From: Nitrospinaceae bacterium
Lineage (GTDB): Bacteria; Nitrospinota; Nitrospinia; Nitrospinales; Nitrospinaceae
Assembly: GCA_965237905.1 (NCBI GenBank)
Contig: OZ250172.1
Span: 2,080,001 to 2,144,000, forward strand
DNA length: 64,000 nt
Reading direction: 5' to 3'
The translations under genes and the position numbers were made by a program. Below the pieces are notes generated by a model, which saw nothing but the letters and a program-made list of their open reading frames with translations, searched no databases and had not been told where the DNA came from. This document shows, one piece after another, positions 29,609 through 39,477 of the stretch. Every line of letters begins with the position of its first letter. Positions within the stretch are counted from its first letter, which is position 1.

Positions 29609-30427
29609 TCAGGTAAGGGCCAGGGTGAGGCATTTGTTGGCGCCGCCCGCTTTCAGGAATTCGGAGACGGGTTGGATGATGGGTGTGTATCCTTTTTTTT
29701 CAAGTAGTTGTAGGAGCTCCGGACCGGCTTGATTCAGGAATAGGACCCGATCGACCAGCACTGCGTTGCATGCAAAATGGATGGCGTCTTCTTCAGAAAC
29801 GATGATCCGGTTTTTCGGCCGGACATGGGCTTCGATGGTTTTCAGGGATGCCGCGTCGAAAGCGGCGGGATAATACATGACCTGATCGTCCAGCAGAGGA
29901 CAGAAGCAGGTGTCGAGATGATAGAAACTGGGATGGATCAGGTGCAGGGACACCACTTCCAAGTCCAATTGTTCGGCCAGAAATTGATGGGTTTCCCGGT
30001 CGGTGCGGAAGCCGTAACCGGCCCACAATAGTTTCCGGCCGGGTTGTAACAGGGCGTCGCCCGCGCCCTCAAAAAACAGGTTTTTGGGAAGACCGGTGAT
30101 GCGGGCGGAGCGGGTTTCAAACCATTCCCGGAAGAGCGGTTCCTCCCGACGGCGCTCCTCATGCTTGAACCGGCTGGGAATGAAATGGCCGTCGATCATC
30201 AATCCGGCGTTAGCGGTAAACACCAGGTCGGGAACGTGTGTTTGCGGATCGATCAAATGGATTTCGGCCTGGTGCCCGAGGGCGTGGTAAAACTCGGTCC
30301 ATTGCCGCATGGCGACGGCGGAATCGACCTGGCCGATCTGGCCTTCCATCCAAGGGTTGATCGCGTAGCGGACCCCAAAATATTCCGGAGCGCACATTAA
30401 AACACTAGGCTTCATATCGAACTCCAA
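29609..30427 (-). CDS. Amidinotransferase-superfamily enzyme resembling the ArgZ N-terminal arginine dihydrolase domain
   Basis: LMCAP..F.V.Y.INPWM, PDLVFTANAG, FEGAGDAL, GYGFR, FYHLDTCFCPL, SEFLKAGGANKCLTL. Confidence 0.85.
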   Translation of the reverse strand: MEFDMKPSVLMCAPEYFGVRYAINPWMEGQIGQVDSAVAMRQWTEFYHALGHQAEIHLIDPQTHVPDLVFTANAGLMIDGHFIPSRFKHEERRREEPLFREWFETRSARITGLPKNLFFEGAGDALLQPGRKLLWAGYGFRTDRETHQFLAEQLDLEVVSLHLIHPSFYHLDTCFCPLLDDQVMYYPAAFDAASLKTIEAHVRPKNRIIVSEEDAIHFACNAVLVDRVLFLNQAGPELLQLLEKKGYTPIIQPVSEFLKAGGANKCLTLALT

Positions 30428-30681
30428 ACAATGATCTTTTATATTAGATGAGAGATAAGGAGATTTGGTTTCGCTTGGATGGCAGGAATCGATTAGATAG
30501 AAAGTGACCCTGGGAAATGAAAAGGTAAGTTTAACAAAACGAACCGGGCAAGGCCTGGAACTAGTTTCGCTGGGGCGTCAGGCACAGGCCAGCATAACGC
30601 TGGTCCGAAATTCTGAATTGCGCTTAGGAGTTTTCGCTTGCCGTTACCGGTTAGCCAGCTCCCCCTCCGGGTAGGAGGGCG

Positions 30682-31341
30682 TTACAGGTTCAACTCTTTT
30701 TCGAAGACGGTGAAAACGGAGGACTCGTAGGTTTCACGCACTTTTTTGAGATTGTTGGTCCGCCACAGGTTGGAAAAATCCGGAGGGTACATCGCGAAGC
30801 CTTTGATCTGGCCGATCATGATTCGGACATGCTGGTACCAGCCAATGTTCTTTTGTGACTTGAACAGCTTTCGTACCTTGTGCAGTACCTGGACGGCCTC
30901 ATCCGGCTTCTGATCGCCAAACAGGCAGATTCCGTAGCCGACAAAGGCCAGCCCCTCGTCGGGCCTCATCGTCGTTGCTTTCAGATACGCCTGAGCCGCT
31001 CCGGCATACTGATGCGTGGTGCTCAGCATGTTGCCAAGGTTAAACTGGACGTCGTAATGATCGGGATGCGAGGCGGCCAAGGCCTTCGCGGATTTCAGCG
31101 CCTCACCGACATTGCCTGTCCTGGAGTAAGCGATGATTATTTTGATTTGCGCGTAAACGTGGAGTTTCTTTTCGGGCCGGGTTTGCAGGAACTTTTTCCA
31201 TTCCGGAATCGACTCGGCTATGAAACCCTGCCGGTCCAGCTTCAGGGCCTCCTGCAGGGGGGCATTCCCGGCAAGCAGGGTGTGCGGTCCGAGTCCGAGA
31301 ACCCAAAGCCCAACAATGATATGGATCACCAGTTTACGCAT
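30682..31341 (-). CDS. Secreted tetratricopeptide-repeat protein
   Basis: Signal peptide; TPR-like FNLGNML...AAQAYLKA...PDEG.AFVGYG. Confidence 0.75.
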   Translation of the reverse strand: MRKLVIHIIVGLWVLGLGPHTLLAGNAPLQEALKLDRQGFIAESIPEWKKFLQTRPEKKLHVYAQIKIIIAYSRTGNVGEALKSAKALAASHPDHYDVQFNLGNMLSTTHQYAGAAQAYLKATTMRPDEGLAFVGYGICLFGDQKPDEAVQVLHKVRKLFKSQKNIGWYQHVRIMIGQIKGFAMYPPDFSNLWRTNNLKKVRETYESSVFTVFEKELNL

Positions 31342-31355
31342 GGGTTCTTTCCAGT

Positions 31356-34079
31356 TCAGGCCACTTCCGCCGATTGTCCCGGGAACACGGGTTCGGAACG
31401 GATGAGGGGCTTCAGCGCTTTCTCAAGCTGTTTTTTAAATTTAGTTTCCTGTTTGATGATTTGATGGACGTCCTCCGGCCTCAAATAAAATACGTTCGAG
31501 GAGGTTCCATAATTGGAATGCAGAACCGCGCGCTGGATTTCCATGTTGAGCTCGGAGAAGACCTTGGTTTCCATCATGATCGTTCCCATAATATCATGCG
31601 TTTCCACTTTGACGGCTCGGCCGATAATGGAAACCTTGAGTTTGATGTCTTTGAATTTTTCCATTTCCAATTCCGTGGTGAGGGACCGGCCCTTGTAAAG
31701 GGTCGACAAGGGCATGCCGCCGACGAAAATCTGGCGCAGGTCTTCATTGATCTGCTTTTGCAGGTAGAAGAAATTGGAAAACTCGATGGGATTCCCCGCG
31801 ATGTCGCCGATCTTGAACACATCGAATACATTGTCGTCCAGAGTATGGATGTTCGCTTCCATAATGCTGAGATGGTTGAAAGCCAGCACCGTGGCGATTT
31901 TATACAGCAGGCCGGACTGGTCTTTGCAACAGACCACCAGTTCCGAAAGTTGTTCTGCTTTAAAAAATATCTCAGATGCAAACTGCTCCTGCGATTTCCG
32001 GAACTCGCTGTAAATCTGCAGTTGCGAATTCATGTCGCGCGGCAGGCGGATCATTTTGAAAAACTCCCTTTTAATCGGGATGGACACGCCTTGCTGCTTT
32101 TTGTGGTGCAGGGTGTTCTGGTAGAAATATTTGAGCTGGGCGATCTGGCTTTGTGACATTTTCATTTTAGTGCCGGCCCGGTCGGCATAGGTGAGCAGGA
32201 TCAGCATTTTGAACCGTTCGACATCCTTGTGCACCAGGTCCCAGACCATATCAAAAGTTTCGTCTTCGTCCGGGTCCAACAGCATGAGGTCGTACATCAT
32301 CAAGTGCCGTTCCACCAGAAAGGCGATATCGCTGATCATCCGTTTGTTTTTTTCGTAGCCCAACGCGCTCAGAATACGGGGCACTTCCCGCGCTCCGACC
32401 AACTCCTCGTTTTCTCCCTCGGATTTAAGCCCCTTGCCGATGTCATGCAGAAGAACCGCCATCTTCATGGTGGTCTTGTCTCTAAGGGAATGATACAGCT
32501 CGACCAGAAAGGGATCGGCTTCCGGGTCGGTTTCGAATTTGTTGAGTTCATCAAGCGCCGCCAGGATATGGATATCCGTCGGAAACATGTGGACATAAAT
32601 GTCCTGCAACAACCCCGTGAGGTTTTTGAATTCCGGAATGAAGAAGGATTCCAGCAGGCCGAATTCGTGGAGGTAACGAACGGCCTTGGCAAAATATTTA
32701 CTCCGGATCATGCTCCGGAAGTATTCCTCGGCTTTTCCCGGTTCCGATCCGTTTTGAAAGATAGGAGTCAACTGGCTGATATTCGCTTCGATGGAGCGGA
32801 TGACGGGATACGCAATAAAATAATTTTTCCGCGCTACCAGGACGAACAGGTGGAATATTTCAATCGGAGAGCTCCATTGAAAATTTTCGTGTCCCTCGGC
32901 AAAGATGATCTGGTTCTCGGAGTTCAGGACAAAATTCTCGGACAGCTTTTTGATTTTGCCATCCGTCGCGAAGGTGACGGTTTCCCAGAACAGATTGCGG
33001 CAATTTCGTTTCATCGGCAGTACCGCGTTGAAAAAGTATTCCTGAAAAAACTCATTCACCTTTTTTTTGAATCCCATCGATTCGGCCATCTTGTCTCTGA
33101 CTTCGAATCGCATGACATCTTTTTGGGACCCTTTCTGCAAGCAATGGAGAAACATGCGCATGCGTGACAGAAAATTGAGAGCGTTTTGCATGTTCTTGAA
33201 TGCCGGGGTGCTCAATTTCTGTTTGGCATGCAGTTCCGAGAGCAGTTCGAACTGGTTGATTTGTTCAAACGATTCGCGAATGCGGACCAGGCTGGTCGCC
33301 CAGTACAGACGCCGTAATTCTTCCTTGATATTAGGTTCCTGTTGGAACACCGTGTTCTGGATTTCAAAATAGGTTTTGTGCTTGAAGCATTCTTTGAGTA
33401 TTTCTTCATTATGAATCAAGCTGGCAGTTTTGATGGAACTTTTGAATTCGTTGTATACCACCAGATTTCCCACCACGAACCGGTGTTCCAGCAGGGAATG
33501 GAAAGAGGGCAGAAGGATCTCATTGAGGGCTTGGTCCTCCGTATCGATTTCAGAAAATCCGGCACTGCTGGAGGTCGGAAAGATATTCTGATAGACAAAC
33601 AGGTATTCGAAATAATGGATGACCTGGCGTCCGATTTCTTTTTCGGCTTCGGATGCGCCCGACCGCAGGACCATTTGGAGATCGACATCCGAGCTGAAGT
33701 ACATCTCTTCCCGGCCGTAACCTCCGCGAGCGACAATGGCGATGGGAACGTCGTTTTCCTTCAGAGGAGTTTCGCGGTTGCGGTTGAACAGGCCTAACGC
33801 TGTCCGGTAACTGGCAATCAACACCGCGTCCACCAGTGCCGTTCGTTTTAAAAGTAAAAGGTGGCTGTTGTCCGAATGTTCCAGCTCCTTCTTTTGCTGT
33901 GCTGTTTCCTTCTCGACCCAGGGTGTAATTTTCTTTTTAAATTCGAGATAAAACGTTTGCAGTCTATCGTCGTCAAAGGAAGAAAAGGTTTCAAGTTGGG
34001 TCAGCGGGTCGAGGGCGGACTGAATCTGACGGAGATACTTCTGCGCCTGCGTCCGGTTGGATTGGTATAAGTCTGTCAT
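31356..34079 (-). CDS. glnD: GlnD-like PII uridylyltransferase/uridylyl-removing enzyme (divergent)
   Basis: NTase AIVARGGYGREEMYFSSDVDL, HD domain LLHDIGKG and LTYAD, ACT domain KDQSGLLYKIATVLA...NIHT; 907 aa. Confidence 0.75.
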   Translation of the reverse strand: MTDLYQSNRTQAQKYLRQIQSALDPLTQLETFSSFDDDRLQTFYLEFKKKITPWVEKETAQQKKELEHSDNSHLLLLKRTALVDAVLIASYRTALGLFNRNRETPLKENDVPIAIVARGGYGREEMYFSSDVDLQMVLRSGASEAEKEIGRQVIHYFEYLFVYQNIFPTSSSAGFSEIDTEDQALNEILLPSFHSLLEHRFVVGNLVVYNEFKSSIKTASLIHNEEILKECFKHKTYFEIQNTVFQQEPNIKEELRRLYWATSLVRIRESFEQINQFELLSELHAKQKLSTPAFKNMQNALNFLSRMRMFLHCLQKGSQKDVMRFEVRDKMAESMGFKKKVNEFFQEYFFNAVLPMKRNCRNLFWETVTFATDGKIKKLSENFVLNSENQIIFAEGHENFQWSSPIEIFHLFVLVARKNYFIAYPVIRSIEANISQLTPIFQNGSEPGKAEEYFRSMIRSKYFAKAVRYLHEFGLLESFFIPEFKNLTGLLQDIYVHMFPTDIHILAALDELNKFETDPEADPFLVELYHSLRDKTTMKMAVLLHDIGKGLKSEGENEELVGAREVPRILSALGYEKNKRMISDIAFLVERHLMMYDLMLLDPDEDETFDMVWDLVHKDVERFKMLILLTYADRAGTKMKMSQSQIAQLKYFYQNTLHHKKQQGVSIPIKREFFKMIRLPRDMNSQLQIYSEFRKSQEQFASEIFFKAEQLSELVVCCKDQSGLLYKIATVLAFNHLSIMEANIHTLDDNVFDVFKIGDIAGNPIEFSNFFYLQKQINEDLRQIFVGGMPLSTLYKGRSLTTELEMEKFKDIKLKVSIIGRAVKVETHDIMGTIMMETKVFSELNMEIQRAVLHSNYGTSSNVFYLRPEDVHQIIKQETKFKKQLEKALKPLIRSEPVFPGQSAEVA

Positions 34080-34306
34080 AGCACGTTGTGACTCACGGTT
34101 GTGCCTCTTGCAAAAGAGAGTTTATTCGCTTGGAGTTACAGCCTAACAATTAAAAGAATATATCAAATGATGAGGGTTTTCAACACCACACCACTAAAGA
34201 GGAAGCTTGCGACGAATCAGGAAGTGAACTGGGCAGTGCGGCTGGCGGAATGACTTGCGAGACCTTAGCATAACCCGGCCATCTAAGTTTAAGTCGACCT
34301 CAAACA

Positions 34307-34432
34307 CCCCTCTATCCTCATGGGGAGCACCCACAGGGTGACAGGCAGGGTGAGGGGTGGTCTGTTTCATGCCCTTGAAATTGTTTGGTTGTGAAAGCCC
34401 CCTCACCTTAATCCTCTCCCCCTGGGGTGAGG
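34307..34432. repeat. Two oppositely oriented REP-like modules
   Basis: 34307-34361 is a reverse-complement match to 27554-27610; 34398-34432 is CCCCCTCACCTTAATCCTCTCCCCCTGGGGTGAGG. Confidence 0.8.
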
Positions 34433-34491
34433 AAATATCAAGCACGTTATCCTGGCGTTTGAACCGGAGACTTATGCAAAGCTCTGGTGGT

Positions 34492-35511
34492 TTACAAGGT
34501 GCGGTTCATTAATTTGATGAACGGACGGATGTTGTCCATCAGGTGGGCGAATTTGACGGGTTTCAGCGATTGCGGGCCGTCGGAGTAGGCGTTGATGGGG
34601 TCCGGATGGACTTCGATCATCAGTCCGTCGGCGCCCGCGGCAATGGCGGCGCGGGCCATCGGTTCCACCAGGTCCCAGTGTCCGGTACCGTGGCTGGGAT
34701 CGATGACGATCGGCAAATGGGTTTCCTTTTTCAGCACCGGGATACAGCTGAGGTCCAGTGTGTTGCGGGTGGCGGTCTCAAAGGTGCGGATGCCCCGTTC
34801 GCAAAGAATCACATCCTTGTTGCCCTCGGAGAGAATATACTCCGCCGACATGAGAAATTCCTTGATGGTGGTCATCATGCCGCGTTTGAGGAGAATGGGT
34901 TTGGGTATGTTGCCCAATTCCTTGAGCAGGGAAAAGTTTTGCACGTTGCGCGCGCCTACCTGCAGGACATCGGCGTAGCGGGCCACCAGCTCCGCTTCCC
35001 GCGGGTTCATCACTTCGGTGACGATAGGCAGTCCCGTCAAATCCTTCGCCTCTTTCAGCAGTTTGAGGCCGTCTTCCTCCAGCCCCTGGAAACTGTAGGG
35101 CGAGGTCCGGGGTTTGAACGCGCCGCCCCGCAACATGTTGGCGCCGGATTTCTTGACCGCTTCCGCAGTGGTACACAACTGTTCACGGCTTTCCACCGAG
35201 CAGGGTCCTGCCATGATAGCGATTTGTGGCCCACCGACGATTACCCCGCCGCAATTCACCTCGGAGTTGGCGGATTTGATTTCGCGTCCCGCCAGTTTGT
35301 ACGGTTTTAAAATGGGGATGACCGATTCCACGCCGGGCATGGATTCCAGCACCTCCATCAGGTGGTCCTTGCCATGATCCTCACCAACGGCGCCGATCAC
35401 CTGGCGTTCCACACCGACGATTTCGTGGGGGGTGTAATCCAGCTCGATGATTTTGTCTTTGACTGCCTGTTTCTGCTCTTCGGTGGCGTCGGGCCCGATA
35501 ACGATGATCAT
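34492..35511 (-). CDS. aroF: DAHP synthase, type I-beta with N-terminal regulatory domain
   Basis: [54 protein letters not shown]. Confidence 0.95.
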   Translation of the reverse strand: MIIVIGPDATEEQKQAVKDKIIELDYTPHEIVGVERQVIGAVGEDHGKDHLMEVLESMPGVESVIPILKPYKLAGREIKSANSEVNCGGVIVGGPQIAIMAGPCSVESREQLCTTAEAVKKSGANMLRGGAFKPRTSPYSFQGLEEDGLKLLKEAKDLTGLPIVTEVMNPREAELVARYADVLQVGARNVQNFSLLKELGNIPKPILLKRGMMTTIKEFLMSAEYILSEGNKDVILCERGIRTFETATRNTLDLSCIPVLKKETHLPIVIDPSHGTGHWDLVEPMARAAIAAGADGLMIEVHPDPINAYSDGPQSLKPVKFAHLMDNIRPFIKLMNRTL

Positions 35512-35575
35512 GTTACAAACCTCAGGTTTCTATAAACTTGCATTGAAGTTATCACGCAGAATCGAACAAAGTCAA

Positions 35576-35706
35576 CCAGCGTGACGCTGGACCCAATAGG
35601 CCCCTCTTTACAAGAGGGGCTCAAAATCCTGTTCATCCTGCCATCCCGTTATCCTGTCTAAGGTTTGTAAAATCAGCTCCGGCGCTTCGCCGGTCCTCTG
35701 TGGTAA
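35576..35706. repeat. Mosaic REP-like intergenic repeat cluster
   Basis: CCAGCGTGACGCTGGACCCAA, GCCCCTCTTTACAAGAGGGGC, AATCCTGTTCATCC...CCCGTTATCCTGTCT. Confidence 0.75.
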
Positions 35707-35847
35707 ATCCGTCCTTATCTATCGCTGGTTTCCGGCTATTTTCAGGGCTTTCGCGGGCCGGGGATTATTGTTTTGACAGGCCGAGCCAAACTATGATAAT
35801 TAAAAGCCCCCGGTACCTTTTCCCGGCCCACCTTTTGCGGAGGAATC

Positions 35848-36957
35848 ATGGAAATCAAGATCGGCAGAGACGACTTTCTGAACGGTATGCACAAGGTTCA
35901 GGGGATCGTTGAGAGTAAAGGAGCCATGCCCATCCTCGCGCATGTCCTGATCAGTACCGAGAAGGATGGCATCGTCATGCAGGCGACCGATCTGGAAATA
36001 GGCATCAAAGGTTTCTATCCCGCCAAAGTGATTTCCAAGGGTTCCATCACCGTCAACGCGCGCAAATTGTTCGACATTCTGCGGGCGTTACCCGATTTGG
36101 AAGTTCACCTGACCCGTGAGGAAAACGACTGGGTGTCTCTGAAATGCGGCAAATCCAAATTCCGGCTTCCCGGTTTGCCCGCCGCAGATTTTCCCAAACT
36201 GCCGGAGTACAGTGAAACCGCCCTCATGGAGTTCAGCGGACCGAAGCTGAAGGAAATGATCCGCAAAACCTATTTTGCCATTTCCCCCGACGAGAGTCGG
36301 CAAGCGCTCAACGGCCTATTGCTGGAACAGGACAAGGATCATGTCAATCTGGTGGGTACCGACGGGCATCGTTTATCGTACATCCGGCGGCCGCTGTTAA
36401 AGTCCAACGCCAAGAGCGACGAGACCAGTTTCCTCCTGCCCAAGAAAGTGCTGACCGAACTTTTGAAGCTGATGGAAAACGACGAGGGCGCCACCTACGC
36501 GTTCTCAGTGAAAGACAATCAACTGGCTTTTATTCACGATCGCGAGGTCATTGTTTCGCGGAAAATCGACGGTAAATTCCCCAATTACCAGCAGGTCATT
36601 CCGACCGACAACAATTTGAAGGTGGCTGTCAACACCCAGGCATTGGTCCAGGCCTTGACACGGGTGGCTCTGCTGGCTGATGAAAAGTCCAAAATGGTTC
36701 GTTTTGAAATTAAGGAAGGCTCGCTGACGCTGGTGTCCGATCACACCGAGTTGGGAGGTGCCCAGGAGGAGGTGGAGATTTCCTATAAAGGGGAAGAGGT
36801 ACGCATTGGCCTCAACGCCAAATACATTCTCGATGTGTTGAGCGTGGTCGAGGAGGATGAGGTCATCCTCAACCTCAAGGACCAGAACTATTCCTGCCTG
36901 TTGACCACCGGCAAGGACAAGGATTACCAGAGTATCGTAATGCCGATGCGGTTATAG
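35848..36957 (+). CDS. dnaN: DNA polymerase III beta sliding clamp
   Basis: PILAHVLI, ATDLEI, GTDGHRL, DGKFPNYQQVIP, terminal VMPMRL; GGAGG RBS. Confidence 0.96.
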   Translation: MEIKIGRDDFLNGMHKVQGIVESKGAMPILAHVLISTEKDGIVMQATDLEIGIKGFYPAKVISKGSITVNARKLFDILRALPDLEVHLTREENDWVSLKCGKSKFRLPGLPAADFPKLPEYSETALMEFSGPKLKEMIRKTYFAISPDESRQALNGLLLEQDKDHVNLVGTDGHRLSYIRRPLLKSNAKSDETSFLLPKKVLTELLKLMENDEGATYAFSVKDNQLAFIHDREVIVSRKIDGKFPNYQQVIPTDNNLKVAVNTQALVQALTRVALLADEKSKMVRFEIKEGSLTLVSDHTELGGAQEEVEISYKGEEVRIGLNAKYILDVLSVVEEDEVILNLKDQNYSCLLTTGKDKDYQSIVMPMRL

Positions 36958-38043
36958 ATCGAAGAACTGATCCAGCTTTTTGTCACTGCGCGGCATTTTA
37001 CCTGTCACTCCCTCCCAGATTTCCTTCGTTTCCATACACAGATAAACATTTACATCACCGAAACGGTCTTTCACCATCCGGCGCAGGGTTTCAAATGCCC
37101 GATTGCGGAGCGGCCTGAGGTACCGGAATTTGCCGTCCTCGCCCGGTAATTGTTCCTGGGTGAATAATTGGGTGCCCTCATGGCGTTCCTTAATGACCTT
37201 TTTCAGGTTGGGACGGTAACGGAATCCGCCGATGCTGATCCACTCGATCTGTTCCGGCCGCACGTTTTGGAACATCAGGTCGATCAGGTCGGCATAGGCT
37301 GTTTCCCAGCCGGGAAAGAGGATGACAGGATCGAAATGAAATCCGATGCGGTAGCCCTTGTCCGCACACAACCGGGCGGCGTTCAGCCGTTGTGCGGTGC
37401 CGGGAGTGCCTTTTTCTTCGCGTTCGGCGATTTCCGGTGGGTTGATGGACCAGGAGATGATGATATTGGACGCATCGTTCTGCTCCAGCAGGTTTTCAAC
37501 ACGGTCGGATTTGGTTTTCAACTCCAGAACGGCGTTGCTCCTCTGGTTGAAAAAGGGAATCAGCGTTTCCGAATAGGGGAGGAAATCGTCGAGCGCGAGG
37601 CTATCGGTCAATTCCCCCGTACCCACCCGGAAGGTGTGGTTAGGCTGGGTCGAGAACACTTCATCCAACTCTCCCAGTAGGTCTTCCAGGTTGACGAAGG
37701 CGGTCAGGAGCGGATTGTTCTGCAGGAAGTCCTGGAGGAAACAATACGAGCAATCGTAAACGCAGTTTTTGATAAGATTGACCACATAATAATTGCAACA
37801 CACCATGCCGGGGCTGATACCGGGGCATTTTCTGAGAAACGATCCTTTGAACCGCGAAAGCAAAAGACGCTTTTTCCCCGCGCCGAAAACATCGACCGAG
37901 GATTGCTGCAGTTCATCCATCACCTCCGGCAAGTCCGGCTGGTGGCGGGTGGGCACGTCCGGGAAGTTTTCCAGCACCCGGCGGGTCAAATCATAGTCAC
38001 CCGCGCCCTCCTCGATATAGATGATTTCCGGCTGATAAGTCAT
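36952..38043 (-). CDS. Spore-photoproduct-lyase-like radical SAM protein
   Basis: CVYDCSYC cluster motif, GELTDSL, LELKTKS, GFHFDPVI, YLCME. Confidence 0.8.
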   Translation of the reverse strand: MTYQPEIIYIEEGAGDYDLTRRVLENFPDVPTRHQPDLPEVMDELQQSSVDVFGAGKKRLLLSRFKGSFLRKCPGISPGMVCCNYYVVNLIKNCVYDCSYCFLQDFLQNNPLLTAFVNLEDLLGELDEVFSTQPNHTFRVGTGELTDSLALDDFLPYSETLIPFFNQRSNAVLELKTKSDRVENLLEQNDASNIIISWSINPPEIAEREEKGTPGTAQRLNAARLCADKGYRIGFHFDPVILFPGWETAYADLIDLMFQNVRPEQIEWISIGGFRYRPNLKKVIKERHEGTQLFTQEQLPGEDGKFRYLRPLRNRAFETLRRMVKDRFGDVNVYLCMETKEIWEGVTGKMPRSDKKLDQFFDL

Positions 38044-38229
38044 ACCTATTTGAAAAAATTGAGGTTATTTGGATCAAGCCTATTGTCAAAGCCTGGCGGT
38101 TCTGCAATAATATACAGGCTTTTAAGGGGTCTGGAAACCATTTACCGACCCGGCTCTCCAAGGCCCAATGAAGAGAGCATCCGCCGCCGCACCACCGGAC
38201 GGGTGAAAACTCCAACCTTCAAATTCTGG

Positions 38230-39375
38230 ATGGATCGCTTAGCCTGCATGCATCGTCCTACGGTTCTCGACAAACAAAACTGGCCGGATAAAAAACCGCG
38301 CCGCAAAAGCCGCATGGGGATGGGCTTGTTCTTACTGCTCATGATCTTCAATGCCGCTTTTATCGCCTTTAGTGTTTCCTCCAGCCAGACCGAGGCCAAC
38401 AACAGTCTGAGTGCTCCTGAGCCGGACGAAGGGCCGACGTTTGTCCCTTTACAGTCCGCCAGGAAAGTTGACGGCGCCCGCGGTTCGGTTGCGGCTTCCA
38501 ATGTTTCTTTCCTACCGTCCGGTGATAAGTTTAAATTGACGGGCGGATACCTGGAGGGAAAAGAGGTGCGAACTCTGCGTCTGACGGTTCAAAGTTCCCT
38601 GACCTTTTCCGTGTGCCGCATCGTTGCAGAGGACCAATGCCGGGCGTTGGCCGCCCGCATCGCCCGCAAGCTATCCTGGTTTCTGGACGTGAACAAGGAT
38701 ATCCGCAAGGGAGACAAGGTGGCTTTGATTTATGAAAACCTGCCCGATGAGTTGGGTCTGAAAATATGGAAAATGGAATATTACAGCGGGTATCTCAAGA
38801 AAAAACTGGGAATGAATTTTTTCAAAACCCCTGAGATGAATTATGGAAGCTATTTCGACCGCCAAGGAAAAGAGATGATTTCCCGCCTGGATTCCCAAAC
38901 CACACCCATCCGCAATTATTCTGAGATTACCGCTCTGCCGGGAGAAATGCGCCACGGACATTTAAGCGGGCATGCTGGAACCGATTTCAAGGCGGAGGTG
39001 GGGACCCTCATCTTTGCAAGTTTTCCAGGTCGGGTGACGCGCACGAACTGGAACACCCGGAAGAACGGGTACTGTATCGAAGTCGACCACCCGGACAAAG
39101 GCGTCAAAACCCTGTACCTGCATTTGGACAAGGTGTTGGTGCGCCCCGGCCAGTGGGTAGGGCAGGGCATCAAAATCGGGCATTCCGGCAATACTGGTCG
39201 GAGTTATGCCCCTCACCTGCATTATGAGATCAAGAGCCGGGATCGAAAGAAAACGGTTTATAATCCCTTCATCTTCAAATATCATAAGAAATATAGCCGA
39301 ACGATATCCAATCAACATCGCAAGGATTTTGAAAAGGCAATCCGCCTTTACGACTCGCTTCTGCAAGCCGGTTAA
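38230..39375 (+). CDS. M23 family metallopeptidase (start uncertain; the track start overlaps the divergent gene)
   Basis: TM anchor, HAGTDF, YLHL, GHSGNTGRS.APHLHYEI. Confidence 0.88.
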   Translation: MDRLACMHRPTVLDKQNWPDKKPRRKSRMGMGLFLLLMIFNAAFIAFSVSSSQTEANNSLSAPEPDEGPTFVPLQSARKVDGARGSVAASNVSFLPSGDKFKLTGGYLEGKEVRTLRLTVQSSLTFSVCRIVAEDQCRALAARIARKLSWFLDVNKDIRKGDKVALIYENLPDELGLKIWKMEYYSGYLKKKLGMNFFKTPEMNYGSYFDRQGKEMISRLDSQTTPIRNYSEITALPGEMRHGHLSGHAGTDFKAEVGTLIFASFPGRVTRTNWNTRKNGYCIEVDHPDKGVKTLYLHLDKVLVRPGQWVGQGIKIGHSGNTGRSYAPHLHYEIKSRDRKKTVYNPFIFKYHKKYSRTISNQHRKDFEKAIRLYDSLLQAG

Positions 39376-39477
39376 ATCCGATTCCGGATACATGGCAGAT
39401 GCCGGGCGGGCGTGGGAAATCCTTCTGACAGGGAAAGTGCGCTTTATTTCATGTGGTGGCCAAAAAAAGACAGGTTC

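Noticed and set aside
30540..30620. Guanidine-I (ykkC) riboswitch upstream of the amidinotransferase
   Set aside because: CTGGTCCGA lies on the wrong strand, the 3' conserved stem is missing, and the segment fits the CCAGCG hairpin repeat; an Infernal scan would settle it.
34194..34445. 83-aa ORF, and the similar ORFs at 62485-62785
   Set aside because: They run through REP-like repeat modules and are likely spurious.
35512..35847. oriC next to dnaN
   Set aside because: No TTATCCACA-type box cluster or AT-rich unwinding element seen; the region holds repeat modules.
37903..38229. N-terminal 109 aa of the M23 ORF
   Set aside because: Overlaps the start of the divergent radical SAM gene and does not look protein-like.
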